DNA of 57,824 nt from a virus (Duplodnaviria > Heunggongvirae > Uroviricota > Caudoviricetes). Position 1 is the first letter of the stretch. Every line of letters begins with the position of its first letter. The position numbers and the translations under genes are program-made. The notes beneath the pieces were generated by a model that did no database searches, was not told the origin of the DNA, and was given only the letters and a program-made list of their open reading frames with translations. Location: IMG/VR virus record IMGVR_UViG_3300042868_014220; one strand, 5' to 3'. This document shows positions 19,839-27,754 of this stretch, one piece after another.

Positions 19839-20758
19839 CTGTATTAGTAACAGGTTCAAACGGATTAGTTGGAAATGCGTTAAAAAAATTATTAGGTGAT
19901 AATCACATCTATCATACAAGAAAAGATGCCGATTTAACTAATGAGATAATTACTAAAGAATATATTACATATCATGTAAAAAATTCTGATGTTGACACAA
20001 TCATACATTGTGCAGCAATGGTAGGAGGGGTTCAAGCTAATTCAATAAACAATGAAACATTTTTTATAGAAAATTATAAAATAAATAACAATGTTATTAG
20101 TTCTGCGTTTGAAAATAAGATTAAAAATTTTGTAAACTTATCCTCTACTTGTATTTTTCCTGATTCTAATATTACTTACCCATTAACTGCAGACCAAATT
20201 GATATTGCACCCCCTCACTCGTCCAATTATGGGTATTCTTATGCTAAACGATTATCAGGATATCAAACAAAAATAATTAGACAATTAACAGGTAATAATT
20301 GGATTACAATTGTACCGACAAATGTATATGGTCCTTACGATAATTTTCATCCTAGTTATAGTCATTTAATCCCTGGAATAATACACAGGGCATATGATTC
20401 TAAGGTAAATAATGAGGACTTTGTAGTATGGGGTGACGGAAGTCCATTAAGACAATTTATACATTCAAAAGATTTAGCTAAAAATATTATGTGGGCAATT
20501 ACTAATTGGAATAGTGATGTTCCATTTATGGCAGTTAACGATAATGAACATTCAGTTATGGATGTTGTTAAAATTGTTATTAAAAAATTTGGTATTGAGG
20601 AAAGTCGATTAATTTTTGACGATACAATGCCAAAAGGTCAATTCAGAAAACCAGCAAAATCTGATATACCTAAAGATTATAACTATATTGATTTAGAAAC
20701 AGGAGTAAACGAAACCATTGATTGGTTTAATAACAATTATAACACACTAAGAAAATGA
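19835..20758 (+). CDS. GDP-L-fucose synthase / GDP-colitose synthase-like SDR (Fcl/ColC family)
   Basis: VTGSNGLVG, HCAAMVGG, SSTCIFP, YSYAK, PTNVYGPYDNF, SHLIPG, WGDGSPLRQF. Confidence 0.9.
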   Translation: MTVLVTGSNGLVGNALKKLLGDNHIYHTRKDADLTNEIITKEYITYHVKNSDVDTIIHCAAMVGGVQANSINNETFFIENYKINNNVISSAFENKIKNFVNLSSTCIFPDSNITYPLTADQIDIAPPHSSNYGYSYAKRLSGYQTKIIRQLTGNNWITIVPTNVYGPYDNFHPSYSHLIPGIIHRAYDSKVNNEDFVVWGDGSPLRQFIHSKDLAKNIMWAITNWNSDVPFMAVNDNEHSVMDVVKIVIKKFGIEESRLIFDDTMPKGQFRKPAKSDIPKDYNYIDLETGVNETIDWFNNNYNTLRK

Positions 20759-21915
20759 AACGAATTGATTTAATTCAAGATACTATTGATAACCAAGACA
20801 TTGATAATTTAATTGAATGGTTAAAAGATTACCCAAGATTAACTAAAGGTCCTAAAACAATTGAATTTGAGAATAAATGGTCTCAATGGTTGGGGTCAAA
20901 ATATTCCGTATTTGTTAATTCAGGGTCTTCTGCAAATTTACTTATGCTATACGCATTAAAAATTCTTAATAAAATGAAGAATACTAAAGTTTGTGTCCCA
21001 ACATTATGTTGGGCAACAGATTTGGCACCCGTACTTCAATTTGATATGGAACCATTATTAATTGATTGTAATTTGGATAATTTATCGGTTGATTTAACTC
21101 ACTTAGAAGAAGTGTTTAAAACAGAACAACCATCGGTATTATTATTAGTCTCGGTTTTAGGTTTATCTCCTGATATGGATTCTATTGTTGAATTATGTAA
21201 AAAATATGATGTAATATTACTTGAAGATAATTGTGAGTCGCAAGGAACTAAATTTAAAGGTATTAAACTTGGTAATTTTGGATTGATGTCATCATTCTCA
21301 ACCTATTTTGGACATACTATGTCAACTATAGAAGGAGGAGTTATTTCAACTAATGATGAAGAAATATATAACACTTTATTACAACTTAGAAGTCATGGAT
21401 GGGATAGAGATTTATCAACAAACAAACAAAAAGAGTTAAGAAGTGAATGGAAAGTAACCGATTTTTCGGCTTTATATACTTTTTATATTCCAGGGTTTAA
21501 CTTAAGAAGTACGGATTTACAAGCACAAATTGGTATCAAACAATTGGATAAAGTTGATGGGATGATTAATAATCGATATGAAAACTTCTTATATTATAAG
21601 TCTAAGTTAGAAGGTAAAACATGGTTCCCAAAAACCTTTAATGATAGTTACACTTCAAATTTTGCAATTCCATTTATAGCCAAAACCATTGAAGATAAAG
21701 AAACTTTAATTAAAGAATTGGATGAAAATAACATTGCTTGTCGACCATTAATTTCAGGTTCAATGGGTATTCAACCATTCTACAAAAAATTATATGGAGA
21801 GAACAAATTACCTAATTGTTCAATAATAGATGATAAAGGAATTTATGTTCCTAATCACGATAAAATGACAAAAGAAGATATTGACAGAGTTTGTAATATC
21901 TTATTAAAATATTAA
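20755..21915 (+). CDS. PLP-dependent DegT/DnrJ-family enzyme, His-type (ColD-like GDP-4-keto-6-deoxymannose 3-dehydratase)
   Basis: FVNSGSSANL, LLEDNCES, SSFSTYFGHTMSTIEGG (His at the usual Schiff-base Lys position), RSHGW, GFNLRSTDLQA. Confidence 0.75.
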   Translation: MKRIDLIQDTIDNQDIDNLIEWLKDYPRLTKGPKTIEFENKWSQWLGSKYSVFVNSGSSANLLMLYALKILNKMKNTKVCVPTLCWATDLAPVLQFDMEPLLIDCNLDNLSVDLTHLEEVFKTEQPSVLLLVSVLGLSPDMDSIVELCKKYDVILLEDNCESQGTKFKGIKLGNFGLMSSFSTYFGHTMSTIEGGVISTNDEEIYNTLLQLRSHGWDRDLSTNKQKELRSEWKVTDFSALYTFYIPGFNLRSTDLQAQIGIKQLDKVDGMINNRYENFLYYKSKLEGKTWFPKTFNDSYTSNFAIPFIAKTIEDKETLIKELDENNIACRPLISGSMGIQPFYKKLYGENKLPNCSIIDDKGIYVPNHDKMTKEDIDRVCNILLKY

Positions 21916-21918
21916 GAT

Positions 21919-22707
21919 ATGTTGAAGTTCTTTAAACCCGCAAGAGGTAATAAAATTCATCAACGAGGATATTTTTCATATATTACCGAAGCGGTCGTCC
22001 ACATACATAATGTATTATTAAATTATCCAAACGAAAAATTAAAGATTTATTATGATTTATCTAATATTGAAGGATATGGTAATCAAAACATTTACGAAGC
22101 GTGTTTTGTTCAAGATGAAAATGATTACTTAAACAACATTAATGAGTATTCTAATATTGAATTAGTTAATTATATATCACAATTAAATGCCTATGAAAAA
22201 GAAACTTTAACGAAAGATAATTTAGAAATGTGTGAATCAATAATTAAAAATAATTTTATATTAAATGATGAGATGAAACAATTGTTTTCATCGAGGCATC
22301 CTCAAATTGATTTTACAAAAACAATTGGATTTCATAGGAGAGCAACTGACATGTCTGCAATACATCACGTCTCAACAATAGATTTATCAAATATCTTTAA
22401 TATCTTAGAAAAAGAAGAATTTGAAAATGTTTTTTTAATGTGTGATAATTTAACCGATTTAGATAAATTTAAAAAAAGATATGGTAATAAGTTAATTACT
22501 TTTGATGAATTTACATCATCAAAATCAGATGACAACCCATTTTTTAAATTAAAAAATGATGATGAGTTAATCAAACAACATATTCAAGAGATTGTTTTTG
22601 GTGCCTACACATTAGGAATGACTAAAAAACTATTTTGCACCAAATCAAACCTATCAACATTTTCAATATTTTCAAACTCAAAATTAAATTTTAACAGACT
22701 TAATTAA
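21919..22707 (+). CDS. NodZ/GT23-like fucosyltransferase-fold protein
   Basis: RGYFSY near the N-terminus, IGFHRRATD, VFLMCDN, SNLSTFS. Confidence 0.6.
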   Translation: MLKFFKPARGNKIHQRGYFSYITEAVVHIHNVLLNYPNEKLKIYYDLSNIEGYGNQNIYEACFVQDENDYLNNINEYSNIELVNYISQLNAYEKETLTKDNLEMCESIIKNNFILNDEMKQLFSSRHPQIDFTKTIGFHRRATDMSAIHHVSTIDLSNIFNILEKEEFENVFLMCDNLTDLDKFKKRYGNKLITFDEFTSSKSDDNPFFKLKNDDELIKQHIQEIVFGAYTLGMTKKLFCTKSNLSTFSIFSNSKLNFNRLN

Positions 22708-22709
22708 CT

Positions 22710-23093
22710 ATGATTACAATCCCTATTAGCATTGGAGAATTGATTGACAAATTATCAATACTTTACATTAAAAAAACAAAAATTTATAACCCCGAAAAAT
22801 TAGAATTTATAAACGAAGAATTTGAATTATTATATAACATATCGTCCTATTATTTAAATGAGGAAAATATTTCAACACTTTACAGTAAATTAGTTGAAAT
22901 TAATTCAAAACTTTGGGAAATTGAAGATGAAATTAGAAATAATGAAAATAGTAAAATTTTTGATTCGCGTTTTATTCATTTAGCAAGACAAGTTTATCAG
23001 ACTAATGATGAAAGATTTTCATTAAAAAATAAAATTAACGAATTAACCAATTCTGAAATTAGAGAGCAAAAAGAACATATTAACTACCAATAA
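22710..23093 (+). CDS. DUF6165-like protein
   Basis: IPISIGELIDKLSIL.IK...LWEIED.IR...AR.VY..NDER..LK..IN. Confidence 0.65.
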   Translation: MITIPISIGELIDKLSILYIKKTKIYNPEKLEFINEEFELLYNISSYYLNEENISTLYSKLVEINSKLWEIEDEIRNNENSKIFDSRFIHLARQVYQTNDERFSLKNKINELTNSEIREQKEHINYQ

Positions 23094-23120
23094 AGTTCTA
23101 TAAAAACAAATATAAATTAA

Positions 23121-23864
23121 ATGGCAAATACAAGACCAAAAAAATCACCAGTATCAACTTCTTCTGAAGAAGAAGGGAATCATAAATCAAAAAAAGAGAT
23201 TATTTGCTCAATTCTAAAAAAGAAAACAAAAGAAAAGTTTTTAACTCAAACACAAAAAAGATATTACGACACACTAATGTCAAATGAGGTAACTATTTGT
23301 TCAGGACCTGCAGGTGTTGGTAAAAGTTATATTACAATGAAAGCGGCCATTGATTTGTTGTCAGACCCAACCACACCTTATGAAAAAATTATAATTGTAA
23401 GACCAGCGGTTGAAGCTGAAGAAAAATTAGGTAGTTTACCTGGTAATGTTGAAGAAAAATTAGACCCGTATATTTTCCCATCATATTATTTATTAAATAA
23501 AATCATCGGAAAAGAAAACAGAGAAAAATTAAAAAATTTGGAAGTTATTGAAGTTTTTGCATTAGCGTTTATGAGAGGAATGAATATTGATAATTCAATA
23601 TTAGTTTTTGAAGAAGGACAAAATGCAACACCTAGTCAAATGAAACTTTTATTAACAAGAATAGGTTTTAATAGTAAATTTTTTATATCGGGTGACGTTG
23701 AACAATCTGATAGATATAAAAACAAAACACATAGTGGATTATGGGATGCTATTGAAAGGTTTAGAGGTGACAAAGACATCTCAACATTTGAATTTACAGA
23801 CAAAAAAGATATTGTTAGAAATCATTTAATTAGTAAAATTTTAGAAAAATACGAAACCGAATGA
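23121..23864 (+). CDS. phoH: PhoH-family ATPase
   Basis: GPAGVGKS, RPAVEAEEKLGSLPG, FMRG, EEGQNAT..QMKLLLTRIG, GDVEQSD. Confidence 0.93.
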   Translation: MANTRPKKSPVSTSSEEEGNHKSKKEIICSILKKKTKEKFLTQTQKRYYDTLMSNEVTICSGPAGVGKSYITMKAAIDLLSDPTTPYEKIIIVRPAVEAEEKLGSLPGNVEEKLDPYIFPSYYLLNKIIGKENREKLKNLEVIEVFALAFMRGMNIDNSILVFEEGQNATPSQMKLLLTRIGFNSKFFISGDVEQSDRYKNKTHSGLWDAIERFRGDKDISTFEFTDKKDIVRNHLISKILEKYETE

Positions 23865-24457
23865 GAATTGCAATAGAGTTAAATGGTGTTTTACGGGACA
23901 CCTTAAAAAAAATACAACAAGAGTACGAAAAATGGTATTTAGAAAATCCATTTAAAGAAGATAACGAAAAATCAGAATATGAAGTAATTTCTGATTTAAC
24001 AACTTTGGAAATCTTAAAACACCTTAAATTTAAAGATGAAGATGAATTATATAAATTTTTGTATACAGAACATACTATGGAGATTTTTGGGCACGCGGGT
24101 TCAGTTGAAACATCAAGTATGATGGACATGAATGAGTTTTATTTGGATAATAGAGATAATCACGACATTCTAATTGTTTCCGATGAAATTGGTAAATCAA
24201 AACCAGCCTCATTATTTTTCATATCAAAGTTTGGGTGTTTGGTAGAAACAATAAAATTTTACAGTGAATCAACAATTAATTCAATGTGGGATTCAATTGA
24301 CGTTTTACTTACAGCAAATCCTACCTTATTATTAAATTATCCAAAAGGAAAAACTGTTATTAAATACGAAACCTCATATAATAAAACTATTGAGGTTAAA
24401 CATTCTATAACCAAATTAAAAGAATTAACTACAAAAATAAAAGAATTACATGATTAA
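23861..24457 (+). CDS. HAD/5'(3')-deoxyribonucleotidase-like fold, degenerate motif I
   Basis: MRIAIELNGVLRD where active members have IAID.DGV..D. Confidence 0.45.
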   Translation: MRIAIELNGVLRDTLKKIQQEYEKWYLENPFKEDNEKSEYEVISDLTTLEILKHLKFKDEDELYKFLYTEHTMEIFGHAGSVETSSMMDMNEFYLDNRDNHDILIVSDEIGKSKPASLFFISKFGCLVETIKFYSESTINSMWDSIDVLLTANPTLLLNYPKGKTVIKYETSYNKTIEVKHSITKLKELTTKIKELHD

Positions 24458-24758
24458 AGTATTAGGAGAACATTATTATTTTGATTTGGACAAAATTGAA
24501 GAATATTTGGATATGTCTGACAAATCAACCGAAAAGTCAACCGACGAAAAATCAACCGACGAAAATGAATTAAGTCTAAATGAAACAAAGATTAACATCA
24601 TAAAATTTGAAATGGTGAAAATGTTAATGGATACTGTACTAACTGAAAATGAAGATACCGACGAAACATTAGGTTCTAAATCAAGTTCTAATACAAGTAT
24701 ACCATTCAGATTAGCTTTCAATAGCTTATTAAACAAAAAACTTATAAATTATTATTAA
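24450..24758 (+). CDS. Hypothetical protein
   Basis: 102-aa ORF containing a 15-bp triplication (KSTE KSTDE KSTDE). Confidence 0.7.
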   Translation: MIKVLGEHYYFDLDKIEEYLDMSDKSTEKSTDEKSTDENELSLNETKINIIKFEMVKMLMDTVLTENEDTDETLGSKSSSNTSIPFRLAFNSLLNKKLINYY

Positions 24759-24759
24759 T

Positions 24760-25812
24760 ATGGACGCATCGTTAAACGAAAAAGTAAAACAGTCGATTCA
24801 AAATCTTAGGGATAAGAAATCAAGAATATATTTCCTTATCCAAGATACCAAAGGAAATGCAAAAGCATCAGTTAGATTAATCTATCAAATGGCAAAATCT
24901 CTTTTGGACGCGGGATTTAACCCGATAATCCTTCACGAGAAAAAAGAATATGCAGGAGTTATTGCATGGTTAGATGAAGAATATATGTCTATTCCTCATA
25001 AAGCAATTGAAGGTGAAAATTTAGAAATCTCACCTGAGGATTTTATTATTGTTCCAGAGTTGTTTGGATATGTTATGGAGCAAGTTAAAAATTTACCTTG
25101 TGGTAAAATAGTTTTAACTCAAAACTATAATCATATTGTCGAAACATTACAACCTGGTCAAAGTTGGGCTCAATATGGTTTCTTAAAGTGTTTAACTACT
25201 ACAACAAAACAACAAGAATATATTGAAACAGTAATGAGACAATCAAGTTTTGATATCATTAAACCTTTAATTACCGACAATTTTTATCCAAAAATTTTAC
25301 CTCCAATGCCAATTATTGGAGTTCATACTAAAGAACAAGAAGATACTATCAATATCATTAAAACTTTTTACTTAAAATTTCCTCAATATAGATGGTTTAC
25401 ATTTAGAGATTTAAGAGGTCTTTCTGAGAAAGAATTTTCAAACTCATTAAGAGATTGTTTTGTTAGTGTTTGGATTGACGATGAGAGTGGATTTGGTACC
25501 TTCCCATTAGAATCTATGGCATCGGGAGTACCTGTTATTGGTAAAGTCCCTAACATTCAACCTGAATGGATGAATGATGACAATGGAGTATGGTTAACAA
25601 ATAAAAATATGATTTGTGATTTTATTGCTGACTATATTCAAAATTGGTTAGAAGACAATATCAAAACAGAACTTTACGAAAACATAAAGAAAACCGTTGA
25701 AACTTATACAAATAAACAAGAATTTGACTCTACTGTAGTTTCATTATTTGAAAACTACTTAAACGTAAGAGCAGAATCATTTGAACAACAAATATCTAAA
25801 ACCGAAGAATAA
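24760..25812 (+). CDS. Glycosyltransferase, GT-B fold (GT4-like)
   Basis: IIVPE, WIDDESGFGTFPLESMASGVPVIG (ExFG..xxEAM acceptor/donor motif). Confidence 0.7.
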   Translation: MDASLNEKVKQSIQNLRDKKSRIYFLIQDTKGNAKASVRLIYQMAKSLLDAGFNPIILHEKKEYAGVIAWLDEEYMSIPHKAIEGENLEISPEDFIIVPELFGYVMEQVKNLPCGKIVLTQNYNHIVETLQPGQSWAQYGFLKCLTTTTKQQEYIETVMRQSSFDIIKPLITDNFYPKILPPMPIIGVHTKEQEDTINIIKTFYLKFPQYRWFTFRDLRGLSEKEFSNSLRDCFVSVWIDDESGFGTFPLESMASGVPVIGKVPNIQPEWMNDDNGVWLTNKNMICDFIADYIQNWLEDNIKTELYENIKKTVETYTNKQEFDSTVVSLFENYLNVRAESFEQQISKTEE

Positions 25813-25813
25813 T

Positions 25814-26620
25814 ATGAACGAAAAATTATCACTATCCATTATACTACCAATCAAATCATCTAAATCTAAAGATTTTAATGATTATTTTGAGAAAGCAATA
25901 ACTTCAATTAAATCACAAACAGTTGAAGTTGAAGAATTATTAATAGTACACACATCTGAAGAGTCGTTAATTAATCACCTAAATGGTTATGACTTTGGAA
26001 CATTAAATGTTACTAAATTATTATGGGATAAAGACCCTAACTATTGTGAACAAATTAACTACGGTATTAAAAACGCCAAAGGTGTTTGGGTTTCTTTATT
26101 TGAATTTGACGATGAATATTCATCAATATGGTTTAAAAATGTTAAAAAATATATTGAAGCATATCCTCAAACACAAGTATTTTTACCTGTTGTTGTTGAG
26201 ACTGATGAAAAAGGTATATTTGCAGGATTTACCAACGAAGCAACATTTGCCGCTAACTTTAGTCAAGAAATGGGATTTTTATCTAATGAAACTCTACAAG
26301 AATATCAAAATTTCCAAACCTCAGGTAGTGTAATTAAAAAAGAAGTTATTGAAGATTTTGGTGGATTTAAGTCCTCCATAAAGTTAACATATGTTTATGA
26401 GTTTTTGTTAAGATTAACTTATAACTCTGTTTCAATTATGACTATACCAAAACTTGGATACAAACACTCAAACATGAGAGAAGGTTCAATTTTTTGGAAC
26501 TATAAGTTTGGTGAACAAAAAATGTTAGAAGATGAAGTTAAGTTTTGGATTCAAACGGCAAAAAAAGAATTTTTCTTTGTTGACGATAGAGTCATAAAAT
26601 ATCAATCAGAGAATGGATAA
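25814..26620 (+). CDS. Glycosyltransferase, GT-A fold (GT2-like)
   Basis: LSIILPI, SI..Q, QINYGI, LFEFDDEY, YEFLLR; start moved to ATG 25814. Confidence 0.7.
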   Translation: MNEKLSLSIILPIKSSKSKDFNDYFEKAITSIKSQTVEVEELLIVHTSEESLINHLNGYDFGTLNVTKLLWDKDPNYCEQINYGIKNAKGVWVSLFEFDDEYSSIWFKNVKKYIEAYPQTQVFLPVVVETDEKGIFAGFTNEATFAANFSQEMGFLSNETLQEYQNFQTSGSVIKKEVIEDFGGFKSSIKLTYVYEFLLRLTYNSVSIMTIPKLGYKHSNMREGSIFWNYKFGEQKMLEDEVKFWIQTAKKEFFFVDDRVIKYQSENG

Positions 26621-27369
26621 TGCAAGAAACTCTATCTGCAAAAACAGAAGATGTTTTGTCCAAAAAAAGAGGTAGGAAAACTGTAAATGTAAATTATTTT
26701 GATGTTAGAGAAGAAAATGCTGTTAGAAATTATCTATTAGCCGAAACTTCAGAAGAGAAAAATAAAATATATAACGAATACTTAAGAGGACCTCTTGATA
26801 AGATGATTTCATCCATAATAAGACGATATAAATTATATCGTAAAGATATGGATTTTACAGAAATTCACTGTGACACACATTCTTTTCTAATGACTAAGGT
26901 TGATAAATTTAAACCTTCAAAAGAAAAGAAAGCATATTCGTATTTCGGTACAATTTGTAAAAATTACTTAATGGGTCAAATAATTAAAGACCAAAAAGAA
27001 ACTAACCGAAAAGTATCATATGAAGATATGTCTGAGAGTATTGAGGAAAGACCTGACATGATATATAGAATTGATGACGATGTCGTTGACACAAGTATAA
27101 TAATTGGTGAATATTTAAAAGAATTAATGGAATTCATTGAGAAAGAAAATTTAAATGATAACGAGAAAAAATTAGGTTATGCCTTGGTTGATTTATTTGA
27201 CAATTACGAATCTATTTTTTCAAGTGCGGATAACAACAAATTTAATAAAAATGTTATTCTTCTTTCATTAAGAGAAATGACAAATTTAAGCACCAAAGAA
27301 ATTCGTAGTTCTATGAAAAGATTTAAGAAATTATATATTTTCATCCAATCAAAAATGAAATCAGATTAA
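26620..27369 (+). CDS. Putative phage RNA polymerase sigma factor (gp55/late-sigma-like)
   Basis: DKFKPSKEKKAYSYFGTICKNYL resembles sigma region 2 of T4-like late sigmas (F.PEK..NPFAYFTQI); C-terminal LREMTNLSTKEI helix-turn-helix-like segment. Confidence 0.55.
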   Translation: MQETLSAKTEDVLSKKRGRKTVNVNYFDVREENAVRNYLLAETSEEKNKIYNEYLRGPLDKMISSIIRRYKLYRKDMDFTEIHCDTHSFLMTKVDKFKPSKEKKAYSYFGTICKNYLMGQIIKDQKETNRKVSYEDMSESIEERPDMIYRIDDDVVDTSIIIGEYLKELMEFIEKENLNDNEKKLGYALVDLFDNYESIFSSADNNKFNKNVILLSLREMTNLSTKEIRSSMKRFKKLYIFIQSKMKSD

Positions 27370-27372
27370 AAG

Positions 27373-27380
27373 TATTTATA
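27373..27380 (+). promoter_or_regulatory. TATTTAT late-type motif, 3 nt upstream of ATG 27384
   Basis: TATTTATA at the start of the baseplate block. Confidence 0.6.
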
Positions 27381-27383
27381 GAT

Positions 27384-27749
27384 ATGCCAAGACCACAACG
27401 TAAAGAAATAAATTTTACTAAAGATTCAATTCTTTCTTTAATGCAAGAAATCTATAATGAACTAGTAGAACAAAGACAAACCGCCATTAGAATTCAAAAT
27501 AAAATGTTAACAATGTTGAAAGACCCTAACGACATGATGACAATTGGACCTGTGATTGAAAAACAACAAAAAATTGTTAATGATTGTGTTGAAAAGAAAA
27601 TAAGTTTATCAAAACTTCAATCTAGTATTTGGGAAAAATCCAATAATAATACAGAATCTTTCTCTTTAGCAGATTTAGATGACGACCTTATTCAAAATTT
27701 AATTGAAAAGGATGTTACTAATGATGAAGAGAATTATAAAATGAAATAA
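27384..27749 (+). CDS. Hypothetical protein (coiled-coil)
   Basis: 121-aa ORF directly after TATTTATA. Confidence 0.7.
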   Translation: MPRPQRKEINFTKDSILSLMQEIYNELVEQRQTAIRIQNKMLTMLKDPNDMMTIGPVIEKQQKIVNDCVEKKISLSKLQSSIWEKSNNNTESFSLADLDDDLIQNLIEKDVTNDEENYKMK

Positions 27750-27754
27750 AATTG

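Noticed and set aside
13601-23093. Host-derived O-antigen/capsule locus (bacterial contamination or chimera)
   Set aside because: The genes are translationally coupled to phage-type genes on both sides (dut, phoH, sigma-like), share the same SD-less start style, and lack wzx/wzy/wza or initiating transferases.
23121-23864. PhoH as a novel auxiliary gene; Walker B reads EEGQN rather than DEAQN
   Set aside because: phoH is very common in large phages, and one conservative substitution is not enough to claim altered function.
24520-24565. 15-bp triplication (KSTE/KSTDE)
   Set aside because: Short in-frame slippage in a disordered linker; no regulatory or structural implication visible.
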